NCBI GenBank assembly: GCA_965224085.1
Contig: CBDCYI010000011.1
Coordinates: 1,248,001-1,312,000 of the forward strand
Length of the DNA: 64,000 bases
DNA from: Candidatus Marinacidobacterales bacterium
GTDB lineage: Bacteria; Acidobacteriota; Vicinamibacteria; Marinacidobacterales; SMYC01
Direction of reading: 5' to 3'
The stretch's first letter is position 1. Every line of letters begins with the position of its first letter. A program made the position numbers and the translations under genes. Under the pieces are notes generated by a model, which did not search any database, was not told where the DNA came from, and saw only the letters and a list, made by a program, of their open reading frames with translations. Positions 30,059 through 40,465 of this stretch are shown one piece after another.

Positions 30059-30883
30059 CTACGCGTCTTCCTGCTCGAGCTCAACGATCAACCCGCGTAG
30101 CGCATCGATGATCTCCCTGCGTTCCACCTGGCTTTTGCGGAACGTCATTTGAAGCCGAAACGGGTTGCCCCGAGGTCCGTACTTGAAAACAAAGTTCTTG
30201 GGGCGGCCGCGCCTCGGCTTGCGCGCCGCCTCCCTTGCCGTGTCGCGATTGAACTCACCCGCAGATATTTTCTCTATGAACGCCGCCATTTTCACGGCAC
30301 TGCCTTGCCTAACTATGTTTAATAACAATGACTTAGAGTTAATGTCGGCGAGCCGACAAAGATTCTTGATGTCTTCGGGCATGACGTTGAGACTGAGCGT
30401 TTCAGTGATACTGGTTCTCGATTTTCCGATACGCTTCGAAAGCGCTTCATGCGTGTAGTTGTGCTCATCCACCAACTGGCCAAACGCCTCGGCTTCTTCA
30501 AACGGAGTTAAATCCTTCCGCTGGATATTCTCGATGAGCGCGAGCTCGATAGTTTCGGCGTCGTCGACGTTGCGCTCAACACAAGGGAGCTCTCGGAGCC
30601 CAGCTTGCAGCGCGGCCTGGTAACGTCTCTCCCCCGAAATGATCTGGAAGCCGCCAACTCGACGCCGAACGATCAGTGGCTCGAGAACGCCCTTCTCCCG
30701 AATCGACGCGGTGAGCTCTCCCAGGTCCCCCATCTGGTGACGCGGCTGATTCGGGTTGGGTGTAATCTGCTCGATCGAGATCATACGGCCGATGGGCGTA
30801 CCCCGGGGGGGACCGAGTTCCTCGACAAAGTGAGCTTCGTTACGAAACTTGACCGTCGTCGGCAATCCAGCTTTTCTAGACAC
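30059..30883 (-). CDS. parB: ParB/Spo0J family partition protein
   Basis: PNPNQPR, GVLEPLIVR, GERRYQA, ENIQRKDL and HTH. Confidence 0.9.
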   Translation of the reverse strand: MSRKAGLPTTVKFRNEAHFVEELGPPRGTPIGRMISIEQITPNPNQPRHQMGDLGELTASIREKGVLEPLIVRRRVGGFQIISGERRYQAALQAGLRELPCVERNVDDAETIELALIENIQRKDLTPFEEAEAFGQLVDEHNYTHEALSKRIGKSRTSITETLSLNVMPEDIKNLCRLADINSKSLLLNIVRQGSAVKMAAFIEKISAGEFNRDTAREAARKPRRGRPKNFVFKYGPRGNPFRLQMTFRKSQVERREIIDALRGLIVELEQEDA

Positions 30884-31637
30884 GGGCCATCACCTCTTCT
30901 GAAAGACTGTAGTACTCGAACGCGCCGCTCGAGTGCGGCGCAAAGCTGAAGATCGACTCTTTGTAGGCGGGACTTTCTTCGAGACGAATGCTCCGGCTGA
31001 TCACCGTTTTGAAGACTTTGTCCCCGAACGCTTCTTGAATCTTGTTCGCGACATCGCGTGAAAGTGTTGTTCGCTTATCGTGCAATGTAATGACCACTCC
31101 GATCACTTGGAGATCGGGATTCGGACGGGACTTGACTTTGTCCAAGGTTTCCAATAGGTCGTCCGTACCTTCGAGCGCGTAGTACGAAGACTGGATCGGA
31201 ATGAGCAGATGCGACGCCGCTACCAGCGCATTGACGGTGATGAGGCCGAGCGTAGGCGGCGTATCGATGATAATGAAATCATATTCGCCGCGCACCGACT
31301 CCAGACGATCCCGCAAGCGGAAATGCGCGTCGAAGTCGCCGATGAGTTTACTTTCGAGCTTGGCGAGCGAGATGCGCGACGGCACTACCCAAAGGTACTC
31401 GAGGTCTGCGTTGTGCGTGACCTCCTTGAGCTCTGTGGTCGCATCCGTCAACGCGTCGTAGATGGATTTGTGGATCGATTCGTCCTGAAGGAAGGAAATG
31501 GTCGAGTTGCCTTGAGGGTCCATGTCCACGAGCAACGTCCTTTTCTTTTTGGCCGCGAGCGCCGCCGCGAGGTTGATCGCGGTAGTCGTTTTCCCAACAC
31601 CGCCTTTTTGGTTTGCAATCGTTATAACAATGGCCAC
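30876..31637 (-). CDS. parA: ParA/Soj ATPase
   Basis: NQKGGVGKTTT, DMDPQGN, IDTPP. Confidence 0.92.
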   Translation of the reverse strand: MAIVITIANQKGGVGKTTTAINLAAALAAKKKRTLLVDMDPQGNSTISFLQDESIHKSIYDALTDATTELKEVTHNADLEYLWVVPSRISLAKLESKLIGDFDAHFRLRDRLESVRGEYDFIIIDTPPTLGLITVNALVAASHLLIPIQSSYYALEGTDDLLETLDKVKSRPNPDLQVIGVVITLHDKRTTLSRDVANKIQEAFGDKVFKTVISRSIRLEESPAYKESIFSFAPHSSGAFEYYSLSEEVMARV

Positions 31638-31743
31638 GACAATTACCCCGCTCAGGCACAGATCGACGCCGAGTGAAAAAATTTAGAAAAAAGAGTCAGA
31701 GGCTCCCGCAGAGAGACGGGCACCAAGTAGGCGCGACACGCCG

Positions 31744-32229
31744 CTACATTTTGTATTTGCCGAGATCGTCCGGGTTGAGACCTTCCAGCCACTTCTGAAG
31801 TCTTTCGGAATCAGTAGTATCTTTTGATAAATCCAAACCTTTGGCGCTCTCGACAACGTCGTCTTCCACGAAGATGGGAGATTTCGTCCGAAGCGCCAAG
31901 GCAATCGCATCACTCGGTCGGGCATCGATGGCCATCGTCTCACCTTCGCGGTCGAGATAGATCATCGCGTAAAAAGTGTTCTCTCGGAGCTCGCACACAA
32001 CGATGCGTTGAACGTCCGCCTCGATCTCGCTCAGGATATTCCGGATCAGGTCATGAGTCATCGGACGAGGAGTTGAAATGTTCTCGATTTGCAGCGCTAT
32101 GGCATTCGCTTCGAACACGCCGACCCAAATCGGCAAAACGCGCTCGCCTTCTTTGTCCTTCAAAATCACAATGGGCATGTTGGTAACGGGGTCGATCATC
32201 AAGCCCTTGATGGTCATTTCGATTTCCAT
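31744..32229 (-). CDS. Bifunctional nuclease (DUF151) family protein
   Basis: LPIWVG, RPMTHDL, DARPSDAIALA. Confidence 0.9.
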   Translation of the reverse strand: MEIEMTIKGLMIDPVTNMPIVILKDKEGERVLPIWVGVFEANAIALQIENISTPRPMTHDLIRNILSEIEADVQRIVVCELRENTFYAMIYLDREGETMAIDARPSDAIALALRTKSPIFVEDDVVESAKGLDLSKDTTDSERLQKWLEGLNPDDLGKYKM

Positions 32230-32268
32230 ACGTAAGCCCTTCCGCTGACCCCATTCTGAAGGTGTGCA

Positions 32269-32303
32269 CCACCAAATATAGGGGCTCACCCCGACCTTGT
32301 CAA
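32269..32303 (-). promoter_or_regulatory. Sigma70 promoter with an overlapping NrdR-like box
   Basis: TTGACA-17-TATATT; CCCCTATATTTGGTGG overlaps the -10. Confidence 0.55.
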
Positions 32304-33637
32304 CAGGATTTAGTGGTGTACTCCCCGAACAGGCTATTGGGGCCAGCCCGCGTGATGTGAACCGGAATGATGGCGCCCGGTCGACTCTTTCCAACGAAGT
32401 TCACGACTCGGTTGTGCGGTGTCCGACCGGAAAGCTCACTCTCGACCTTCTTGCTTCGCCCCTCGACGAGAACCTCGACGGTGTCTCCGATCAGTCTGTG
32501 GTTCTTTCGGAGTTGAATCTGCCTCTGGAATTCTTGCAAACGCGCGAGACGCGTACGCTTCACACTCTCAGGGACGTCATCGACCTGTTCGCGCGACGCA
32601 TAGGTATAAGGTCGTTCGGAATATTTGAAAGAGTAGATGCTGTCAAACGCAATCTCCTGAACAAGTTCGAGCGTGTCGTCGAAATCTTCGTGCGTCTCAC
32701 CGGGGAAACCGACGATCAGATCCGTGGATAGCGCAATCCCAGGCACGAGCTCGCGTGCGCGAGCCACCTTGCTCAATAACTCCTCGCGCGTGTAACCCCG
32801 ATTCATCGCGGCAAGAACGCGAGTCGAGCCGGATTGCGCCGGCAAATGCATATGGGGACAGAGCTTCTCGAGATCGCGAAATCGTTCCATCAAGGGTGCG
32901 CCGAAGTCCTTCGGGTGCGGGCTCGTGAAACGCAACCGCCGCAGACCATCCACCGCGTTGACCGCGTCGAGCAAGGCTTCGAATGAGCGGCCATCGTTCG
33001 GATCGCGATAGGAGTTGACGTTTTGTCCCAAGAGCTGCACCTCGAGATAGCCCGCACGCGCGAGCACTTCGGCTTCACGAACGATGTCCTCCACCGGGCG
33101 GCAACGCTCGCGGCCGCGTGTAAACGGCACGATGCAGAACGTGCAGAAGTTGTCGCACCCCTCCATGATCGTGATGTATGCCTTGATGCCCGAAATTCTC
33201 GCGATTTGCTCGGGTGGGATATCAAGGTTGTCTTGGTGTCGTCCAATCTCGACGACCTTCTCGTTTCGCCCGACGACGGTCGCCAACACTTCCGGCAGCT
33301 GTACGAGGCTCTGCGTGCCGAGCACGAAGTCGACATCCGGCGAACGCTCGAAAATGGCTTCGCCTTCTTGCTGCGCGACGCATCCCGTGACACCAACCAC
33401 GATCGGTCGCAACTTCTTCATCACCGTGAAGTTGCGGAGCCGCGCAAAGACTTTTTCTTGAGCCTTCTCGCGCACACTGCACGTATTGAGGATGATGACA
33501 TCAGCATCGGCCTCGCCATCCGCTGGCTCGAGGCCGAGCCGCCTCAAGCTGCCGGACAACTTTTCGCTGTCATGGGCGTTCATCTGACAGCCCCACGTTT
33601 CGATGAAGAAGCGCTCGTGTTTTAACATGGACGACAT
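32300..33637 (-). CDS. miaB: tRNA methylthiotransferase MiaB
   Basis: TWGCQMN, NTCSVREKA, CDNFCTFC radical-SAM motif, TRAM domain. Confidence 0.95.
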   Translation of the reverse strand: MSSMLKHERFFIETWGCQMNAHDSEKLSGSLRRLGLEPADGEADADVIILNTCSVREKAQEKVFARLRNFTVMKKLRPIVVGVTGCVAQQEGEAIFERSPDVDFVLGTQSLVQLPEVLATVVGRNEKVVEIGRHQDNLDIPPEQIARISGIKAYITIMEGCDNFCTFCIVPFTRGRERCRPVEDIVREAEVLARAGYLEVQLLGQNVNSYRDPNDGRSFEALLDAVNAVDGLRRLRFTSPHPKDFGAPLMERFRDLEKLCPHMHLPAQSGSTRVLAAMNRGYTREELLSKVARARELVPGIALSTDLIVGFPGETHEDFDDTLELVQEIAFDSIYSFKYSERPYTYASREQVDDVPESVKRTRLARLQEFQRQIQLRKNHRLIGDTVEVLVEGRSKKVESELSGRTPHNRVVNFVGKSRPGAIIPVHITRAGPNSLFGEYTTKSC

Positions 33638-33641
33638 TGGC

Positions 33642-35306
33642 TCAGTGACTCTTGTCCGTAACGAGCTGACGAGCATGTGCGCGAGCACTATCTGTGACGA
33701 CCGCGCCGGCGAGCATGCGCGCGATTTCATCGACACGCGCCTCGCTATCGAGGCGCTCGATACGCGTCTCGATTCTGCCTTTGTGCTCTATCTTATCAAT
33801 TCGGTAGTGCGATGGGGCGAAGCTCGCAATCTGCGGAAGGTGCGTGACGCAAATGACTTGATGAAGCGTCGCGAGCTCCTTGAGCTTCGCACCTACGGCA
33901 TCGGCCACCCGCCCGCCAATTCCGGCATCGACCTCGTCGAACACGAGGACTTTGGACGTATCGCCCTTGGCAGATACCGTCTTGAGTGCGAGCATGAACC
34001 GAGACAGCTCGCCACCCGAAACGACTTTACCCAACGTTCGCAGATCCTCGCCAGGGTTCGCCGAAAAGAGAAGCTCCACGACGTCCATGCCACTGACACG
34101 CCAATCGCCCTCGCTTATATCGGCCGCGAACCGGGCCTTTTGAAGCGCGAGGCTCGGGAGCTCTTTCGCTACCGCCTTTTCGAGTCGCTTTGCCGAATTC
34201 TTTCGCATCTTGGACAGCTCGGCCGCCAAAGCGACATACTTCCCCCGCGCCGCATCCAACTGCTCGCGAAGCTCCTCGAGCTTCTCGCTCGAGCGCGACA
34301 GCTCCAGAAGCGCTTCGCGTGCGCGCTCCTGACGCTCGAGAACGGTGTCCAAAGTTCCTCCGTGTTTCTTCTTGAGCCTCTCGAGAAGCGCGAGCCGCGT
34401 CTCGATCGTGTCGAGCTTGCCCGGCACGACTTGAATTTCTTCCCGGTAATCACGGAGGCTCAACGCCAGGTCCTCGAGCTGTCCCGTCAGAGCGTCGCGC
34501 TCGTCGATGTAACGTTGCCATCGACCGTCGATGCTCGCGAGCTCTTCGACGTGCTGAAACACTTGGGCCAGACGCGACACGACCGAGCCCTCGTTCTCGT
34601 AGAGTGACGCGTACGAACGCTCCGAAAGCTCCTTCAGCTTCTCGGCATGGGTCAGAAGCTCGCGCTCGCTCGCGAGCTCTTCGTCCTCGCCGGCAACCAA
34701 CTCGGCTTTGTCGAGCTCGTTGAGCTCGAACTCGAGATGCTCCCGGCGCGAGCTGCGCTCCTGGGCGGCCAGCTCCAGGCGCTCGAGCGCTCCCTGCGTT
34801 CTCTCAATACCGGCGAACGCGTCCGCGACCTTCTCTCGAAGCACAAACAAGCCGCCAAAACCATCGAGCAGCTCGATGCCCGCGTCTAATCGCAGCAGCG
34901 CGAGGTTATCCCCTTGGCCGTGTATATCAACAAGAAACGTAGACAGATCACGTAACAGTGCCCGTGAGCTAGAGACGCCGTTCACGACGATCTTTCCGCG
35001 TCCCGCCTTCGTAATCTCCCGCCTGATCACAAGCTCGGGCTCCGGCTCGATACCAGCTTCCCGAAGACGTGCATCGAGAAGCTCTGGAACCGGATCCATC
35101 TCGAACCCGGCCTCCACATAGGCCGATTCGGCCCCCGTACGCACGAGCTCGGAAGGCGCACGATTGCCGAGAACCAACCCCAACGCATCGATGAGAATGG
35201 ACTTTCCCGCGCCTGTCTCCCCGGTCAAAAGGTTCAACCCAGCCTCAAAATCAACCTCGAGATGGTCGATCACCGCGACATTCTCGACCCGCATCCAACA
35301 CAGCAC
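33642..35306 (-). CDS. recN: DNA repair protein RecN
   Basis: TGETGAGKS, SGGELSRFMLA, FDEVDAG, VTHLPQ. Confidence 0.95.
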   Translation of the reverse strand: MLCWMRVENVAVIDHLEVDFEAGLNLLTGETGAGKSILIDALGLVLGNRAPSELVRTGAESAYVEAGFEMDPVPELLDARLREAGIEPEPELVIRREITKAGRGKIVVNGVSSSRALLRDLSTFLVDIHGQGDNLALLRLDAGIELLDGFGGLFVLREKVADAFAGIERTQGALERLELAAQERSSRREHLEFELNELDKAELVAGEDEELASERELLTHAEKLKELSERSYASLYENEGSVVSRLAQVFQHVEELASIDGRWQRYIDERDALTGQLEDLALSLRDYREEIQVVPGKLDTIETRLALLERLKKKHGGTLDTVLERQERAREALLELSRSSEKLEELREQLDAARGKYVALAAELSKMRKNSAKRLEKAVAKELPSLALQKARFAADISEGDWRVSGMDVVELLFSANPGEDLRTLGKVVSGGELSRFMLALKTVSAKGDTSKVLVFDEVDAGIGGRVADAVGAKLKELATLHQVICVTHLPQIASFAPSHYRIDKIEHKGRIETRIERLDSEARVDEIARMLAGAVVTDSARAHARQLVTDKSH

Positions 35307-35401
35307 AACCTAGAAGTTAGCACGACTGGCAACCGAAGGAGGGCGATGAGGTAGGCTTATTCAAACGTTCTGAATCCTGTATCGTCACGGTACCCCAAAC
35401 A

Positions 35402-35456
35402 TTGACTTACCCCAAGTCCTTGTGGTACCGTCCCATACGGTCACAGTATCTAGTGT
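35402..35456 (+). promoter_or_regulatory. Putative tol-pal promoter and NrdR-like box
   Basis: TTGACT-18-(TG)TACCGT; TCACAGTATCTAGTGT at 35441-35456. Confidence 0.45.
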
Positions 35457-35506
35457 ATCGTTCGTATTTCGTTCCAATCTTGAGCGCCGACGTGGAACCC
35501 TAGCTC

Positions 35507-36214
35507 TTGCAAGAGATCAATTCGACGGCTATTGAAACGTCATCCCCGTTGAATCCTTTGGACCTCGTTCTGGATTCGGGGCCGGTCACCATCGCCGTTC
35601 TTCTTATTTTGTTCGCTTTTTCGCTTGTGTCGTGGGCGATCATCTTCAGCAAGTGGACGACGCTCCGCAAAGCCGACTCTCACACCGCGGCGTTCCTCGA
35701 GATCTTTCGTCGTAGCAAGAAATTCGCCGACGTACACGCGGTTTGCCATCAGTTACGGACGAGTCCTCTCGTCGGACTCTTCTTGTCGGGCTATCACGAG
35801 CTCAACTACCAGCTCAAAACCAAAGGCGAATCCGAGAACGACGCGCGCGTTCACAATCTGGAGAGCGTCGCCCGCTCTCTCGCCCGCGCTTCGAACGCTG
35901 AGGGCTTGAAGCTTGAGAGCCGACTGACCTTTCTGGCAACGACGGGTAGCGCGACCCCGTTTATCGGGCTGTTCGGCACCGTTTGGGGCATCATGAATGC
36001 GTTTCAAAACATCGGCGCGGTCCAGTCGGCGAATATCAGCGTCGTCGCGCCGGGCGTTAGCGAAGCCTTGGTCGCCACCGCGGCGGGCCTCGCCGCCGCC
36101 ATCCCCGCTGTCATCTTTTACAATTATTTCCTGAATTGGGTGAAGCGGCTTTCGACGCAAATGGATGATTTCGCGCTAGAGTACATCAATATCATCGAGC
36201 GCAATTTCACCTAA
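35507..36214 (+). CDS. tolQ: TolQ (MotA/ExbB family)
   Basis: LATTGSATPFIGLFGTVWGIM, APGVSEALVATAAGL. Confidence 0.9.
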   Translation: MQEINSTAIETSSPLNPLDLVLDSGPVTIAVLLILFAFSLVSWAIIFSKWTTLRKADSHTAAFLEIFRRSKKFADVHAVCHQLRTSPLVGLFLSGYHELNYQLKTKGESENDARVHNLESVARSLARASNAEGLKLESRLTFLATTGSATPFIGLFGTVWGIMNAFQNIGAVQSANISVVAPGVSEALVATAAGLAAAIPAVIFYNYFLNWVKRLSTQMDDFALEYINIIERNFT

Positions 36215-36227
36215 CACGGGGACGGGC

Positions 36228-36716
36228 GTGCAAGTCGGAAGCGGCGACAGTGGATCGGGCCGGGGCTCATCGCTCGGAGGCTCGGCGACAGCGATGCTCA
36301 TGGCGCGGCGGGGCTCCGGCGCGGGCGCGACGCTCTCCGAGATCAACGTCACGCCCTTCGTCGACGTCGTTCTCGTGCTGCTCATCATCTTCATGATTAC
36401 GGCACCGATGCTCATGCGCGCCATGGACGTCAGTCTGCCGTCGGCCTCTCTCCGCCGCGACGATCCGACCGAGCGCATAGTCGTGACGCTCGACGCCCAA
36501 GGCCGCACCTTCGTGAACGACAATGCGGTCAACATCGAGCTTCTCGAAGAGCAGTTGCGACAGCGTGTCGAGGTGAATAATTTGCGCTTGGCCTATCTTC
36601 GGGCCGACGAGACGCTACAATACAAGGAAATCATCAAGCTGATGGACTTGATGAAGCGGGCTGGCGTGGACACCGTTGGTCTCGTCTACGTCTACCCCGA
36701 AGAGCGAGTGAACTAA
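36228..36716 (+). CDS. tolR: TolR/ExbD
   Basis: EINVTPFVDVVLVLLIIFM. Confidence 0.88.
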   Translation: MQVGSGDSGSGRGSSLGGSATAMLMARRGSGAGATLSEINVTPFVDVVLVLLIIFMITAPMLMRAMDVSLPSASLRRDDPTERIVVTLDAQGRTFVNDNAVNIELLEEQLRQRVEVNNLRLAYLRADETLQYKEIIKLMDLMKRAGVDTVGLVYVYPEERVN

Positions 36717-37459
36717 TGGGTGGCGCGAACCGAGATTCTTTCACACTGATGCTCGTGTGGTCGGGTATCGTGCACGTGCTGTGCTTCACCTCTCTCGCGC
36801 TCGGCAGTTATCTGACCCCTCGCGGGGGCCTTCTGGCGGCTCCTGACGCCCAGGTCTATATCAGTATCGGCGCGTCTGGTCCGCTTGAAGGCTCGGGCGG
36901 CGGCGGTGCCCCCACGCCTCCCGAACCGGAACCGGAACCGGAGCCCGAGCCGCCCAAGAACGAAGTTGTGCGTCCGAGCAAAGTTGTTCGCGAAGAGATA
37001 CCGCGGCCGGACGCGCCCGCAACAAAAAAGCCGCGGTGGGAGCGCATCAAGGAAGATACTGGTCTAAGAGGCGACACGGCGGCGACGGGCGAGTCCGCCA
37101 AGCTGAGACAAACTCCCGCGATCGCTCCGGGGCTCGGACTTGGTGGCGCCGGGGGCAGCTCGCCCTTCGACCAAGACTTCGAGTACGCCTATTACGTCCA
37201 ACAGATGTTGGGACGAATCCATCAGCATTGGCAACGCACGCCGGTGCGCGGGACGGCCACTGTGACGGTCCGTTTCACCATCTTGAAGGATGGGAGCGTT
37301 CAAAATGTGGAAGTAGAGCAATCGTCCAGAGTGTCGCTTCTCGACCGCGGCGCGCTACGCGCCGTTATGCTCGCGGATCCGATGCCGCCGCTTCCCAATT
37401 CCTATCCCCGGGATCGCGTCGGGGTCCACTTACGATTCACCTATTCGGACAACCAATGA
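36716..37459 (+). CDS. TolA/TonB-family energy transducer
   Basis: N-terminal TM with SxxxH, EP repeat, TonB_C-like end; position in the tol operon. Confidence 0.8.
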   Translation: MGGANRDSFTLMLVWSGIVHVLCFTSLALGSYLTPRGGLLAAPDAQVYISIGASGPLEGSGGGGAPTPPEPEPEPEPEPPKNEVVRPSKVVREEIPRPDAPATKKPRWERIKEDTGLRGDTAATGESAKLRQTPAIAPGLGLGGAGGSSPFDQDFEYAYYVQQMLGRIHQHWQRTPVRGTATVTVRFTILKDGSVQNVEVEQSSRVSLLDRGALRAVMLADPMPPLPNSYPRDRVGVHLRFTYSDNQ

Positions 37460-37489
37460 AGGCAATGAAGGCAATGAAGGCAATGAAGG
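37454..37489 (+). repeat. Tandem repeat (CAATGAAGG)x4 at the tolA/tolB junction
   Basis: caatgaagg caatgaagg caatgaagg caatgaagg, encoding MKAMKAMKAMK. Confidence 0.9.
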
Positions 37490-38877
37490 ACGCCATGAAA
37501 CATCTGCTGCGATCTATGATCGTCATGGGTATCATCTTTGGCGCGTTGTCCTCTTTCCACGCCACGACGTATTCTTCCGGAACCGCAGGTGCCGTCCAGG
37601 AGCAAGCGCTCACACAGCCGACTGCGGGCGACTGGTACATCCGGATCACCGATCCCAGACGGCCGGTCTACATGGCGATCCCGGATTTCGAGACGGGGAC
37701 CGAGGACGCGACAACCTTCTCCTCGACGATCTCTAGCGTCGTCTGGAACGACATGGAATTCGCCTCCATCTACCGATTGGTGCCCAAGCGGAACTACCGG
37801 ATCGCCCAGACGTCGAGCGACCCCAGGAAAATCGACTTTTATCAGTGGGAATCCATCGGAGCGGACATTCTGATTCGCGGCGTCACCGAGCTCCAGCGCG
37901 ATACCCTCATCGTCGAGGTCCGCATCTACGCGATCCGCGCTCAGGAGATGGTCTTTGGCAAGCGTTATGAAGGGCCCGTCTCGGCAGCCCGACGCATGGC
38001 CCATCGCATCGCCGACGACATCCTCATCCAAGCCGGAAACTATCGCGGTATCAACCAGACCAAAGTCGCGTTCGCCAGCGACCGCCGCGGCGAGAGAAGC
38101 AAAGAAATCTACGTCATGGACTATGACGGCTATAGCCAAAAACCGCTCACAGCCAACCGCTCGTTGAACTTGACGCCAACATGGTCGCCAGACGGGCGCG
38201 CGCTCGGCTATATCTCGTATCGGACGGGCAACCCTTCGCTTCATATCGCCCATATCTACGAAGGCCGCGGCGAGCGTTTCGATACCGGCGACGGGATGGC
38301 GATCAACCCGTCCTGGGCTCCAGACGGCACGAAGCTCGCGTTCACGTCGACGCGGGACGGCAACTCCGAGATATATTTGATCAACACGGATGGCACGGGC
38401 ATGAGGCGGCTTACGCATCACCCCGGGATCGATACCTCCCCGTGTTGGTCGCCGACGAGTCGCGAGATCGCTTTCACGTCGGATCGCACAGGGTCGCCTC
38501 AGATCTACGCCATGGACACCGAAGGGCTAAATTTGCGACGCATCTCTTATCAAGGAAGCTATAACGATTCGCCTAGCTGGTCTCCTTCGCGACAATATAG
38601 CGAGCTTGCCTTCACGTCGCGGATCGAGCGCGGTCCTTTCGACATCGTCGTCTACGATTTCCAAACCCGGCAGACGCGGCAGCTCACGACGGGTCGCGGC
38701 AGCAATGAAAGTCCCGACTGGTCTCCGAACGGGCTTCATCTCGTATTCACGTCCAGCCGCACCGGCTCGAACCAAATTTTTACGATGAACCGCGATGGGA
38801 GCAATCAGAGACGCCTCACGAGAGAGGGCAAGAACACCACGCCTCAATGGGGCCCCATCACGGGACAGGAATCTTAA
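37456..38877 (+). CDS. tolB: TolB beta-propeller protein
   Basis: TolB_N (AHRIADDI) and PD40 repeats (PTWSPDG, PSWAPDG); true start may be 37495. Confidence 0.92.
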   Translation: MKAMKAMKAMKDAMKHLLRSMIVMGIIFGALSSFHATTYSSGTAGAVQEQALTQPTAGDWYIRITDPRRPVYMAIPDFETGTEDATTFSSTISSVVWNDMEFASIYRLVPKRNYRIAQTSSDPRKIDFYQWESIGADILIRGVTELQRDTLIVEVRIYAIRAQEMVFGKRYEGPVSAARRMAHRIADDILIQAGNYRGINQTKVAFASDRRGERSKEIYVMDYDGYSQKPLTANRSLNLTPTWSPDGRALGYISYRTGNPSLHIAHIYEGRGERFDTGDGMAINPSWAPDGTKLAFTSTRDGNSEIYLINTDGTGMRRLTHHPGIDTSPCWSPTSREIAFTSDRTGSPQIYAMDTEGLNLRRISYQGSYNDSPSWSPSRQYSELAFTSRIERGPFDIVVYDFQTRQTRQLTTGRGSNESPDWSPNGLHLVFTSSRTGSNQIFTMNRDGSNQRRLTREGKNTTPQWGPITGQES

Positions 38878-38897
38878 AGCGTGTCACAAGGAGAATA

Positions 38898-39509
38898 TTG
38901 TTGAGAATCTCAAACGTTTCGCGGAACCTTTGGACGGTCCTCCTTTTCTCCCTGTTACTAGCCGCGTGCGGCGGCAAAACGGATCGCCCGCCCGCCACGA
39001 CGTCCGGGCCACCGACCCAGACCACAGACGACCCTGCAACGCGGCCCGCACCGCCTCTCGAGGTGGTCGACACGCTGCCTCCGGTGGTGGACCCGGGGGA
39101 CGACCTGTTGTTGATCGATGAGGCGGATCCTCTCGGGATCCGCGATATGCCGCTCAACGCGATCAACGAGCTTTCGCCCCTTATAGACGTTCCCTTCGAT
39201 TTCGATAGCGCCGCGCTCCTCGACGAGGCCCGTGTGACGCTCAACGCGCATGCCGATATCCTCGCACAATACAGCTCGCTGACGGTACTCATCGAAGGGC
39301 ATTGTGACGAGCGTGGTACGGTAGAGTACAATTTGGCGCTCGGGGAGCGCCGCGCGAACGCCGTCTACAACTACCTGATGAATCTTGGTATCTCGGCGAG
39401 CCGACTCAAAACAATCAGCTACGGCAAGGAATTTCCAAAAGATCCGGGCCATAACGAGCAGGCATGGGCCGCCAATCGTCGTGGACACTTCGAGATCACC
39501 GGGAAATAG
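38898..39509 (+). CDS. pal: Peptidoglycan-associated lipoprotein
   Basis: Lipobox LAAC, EGHCDERGTVEYNLALGERRA, SYGKE, NRR. Confidence 0.93.
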   Translation: MLRISNVSRNLWTVLLFSLLLAACGGKTDRPPATTSGPPTQTTDDPATRPAPPLEVVDTLPPVVDPGDDLLLIDEADPLGIRDMPLNAINELSPLIDVPFDFDSAALLDEARVTLNAHADILAQYSSLTVLIEGHCDERGTVEYNLALGERRANAVYNYLMNLGISASRLKTISYGKEFPKDPGHNEQAWAANRRGHFEITGK

Positions 39510-39533
39510 CATCGACGAAGAAAGGAGGCCGCA

Positions 39534-40391
39534 GTGACTCGAATGGTTCGGATCGTCACCGCAACGGCCGTAGTCGCCGCTTGGAGCCTTTCGAGCACGA
39601 GCGCTCTGGAAGCTCAAAGAGACCGCGACGCCATCGTCGCGGAGCTGCGACAGATTCAAGCGCAGCTCTCCGAAATCCAGACCTCGCACGCCGCGTTGAA
39701 AACGGCCATCGAGTCCCTAACCGCGCAGACCACGAATCAACGAGACTCGCTCCGCAAGACGCTCGCGGACTCGAATGTCACCTTGCAGCGACTAGAGCAG
39801 AACCTGTCTATCCTGTCGGCGCGCGTGGACGAGACGAACGGGCGGGTCGGCGACTTGCAGCAAGAGGTCGGCTCGATACGCCAAACGCAGCCTCTCATCA
39901 TCCCGCCAACGGAAACCGCCGCAAACGGCGAGGATGGCGACGCCGCCGATAGTGCGCCGAACGCGACGCCGCCTCCCCCAGCCATGGCCGCGGGCCCGAG
40001 CATCACGGACATTTATAACCAAGCGAGAATCGACTATACCCAGGGGCGCTACGCGCTCGCGATTTCCGGCTTCGAAGATGTCGTCGCGAGCAATGCCAGA
40101 GGAGATTTGGCCGACAACGCGCATTACTGGATTGGCGAGTGCCACTTCTCGCAACGCGGCTACGAGCGCGCCATCGAATCGTTCGATAGGGTCGTGCGCG
40201 AATATCCGGATAGCAACAAGCGCTCCGACGCCTACCTGAAAAAAGCGATGTCGCTCGAAAACCTGACGCGGCGTTCGGAGGCAATGTTGATGTACGAGTT
40301 CGTGATCGAGCAGTTCCCACGCTCCCAGCACGAGCGCATCGCCCGCACCCGCCTCGAAGAGCTCATGCGCACCACGCCTCCCCGACGGTGA
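39534..40391 (+). CDS. cpoB: Tol-Pal protein CpoB/YbgF
   Basis: Signal peptide, coiled coil, TPRs (ADNAHYWIGE); follows pal. Confidence 0.88.
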   Translation: MTRMVRIVTATAVVAAWSLSSTSALEAQRDRDAIVAELRQIQAQLSEIQTSHAALKTAIESLTAQTTNQRDSLRKTLADSNVTLQRLEQNLSILSARVDETNGRVGDLQQEVGSIRQTQPLIIPPTETAANGEDGDAADSAPNATPPPPAMAAGPSITDIYNQARIDYTQGRYALAISGFEDVVASNARGDLADNAHYWIGECHFSQRGYERAIESFDRVVREYPDSNKRSDAYLKKAMSLENLTRRSEAMLMYEFVIEQFPRSQHERIARTRLEELMRTTPPRR

Positions 40392-40465
40392 GGAGGGAGG
40401 ATCAGAAGGACAAAACTCGTCTATAGACGAAAGGGCTGAATGCCCAACGCTGAATGGAGGCAATC

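Noticed and set aside
37036-37455. 613-aa TolB with a long N-terminal extension
   Set aside because: The extension overlaps tolA/tonB in another frame; the signal peptide starts at 37456-37495
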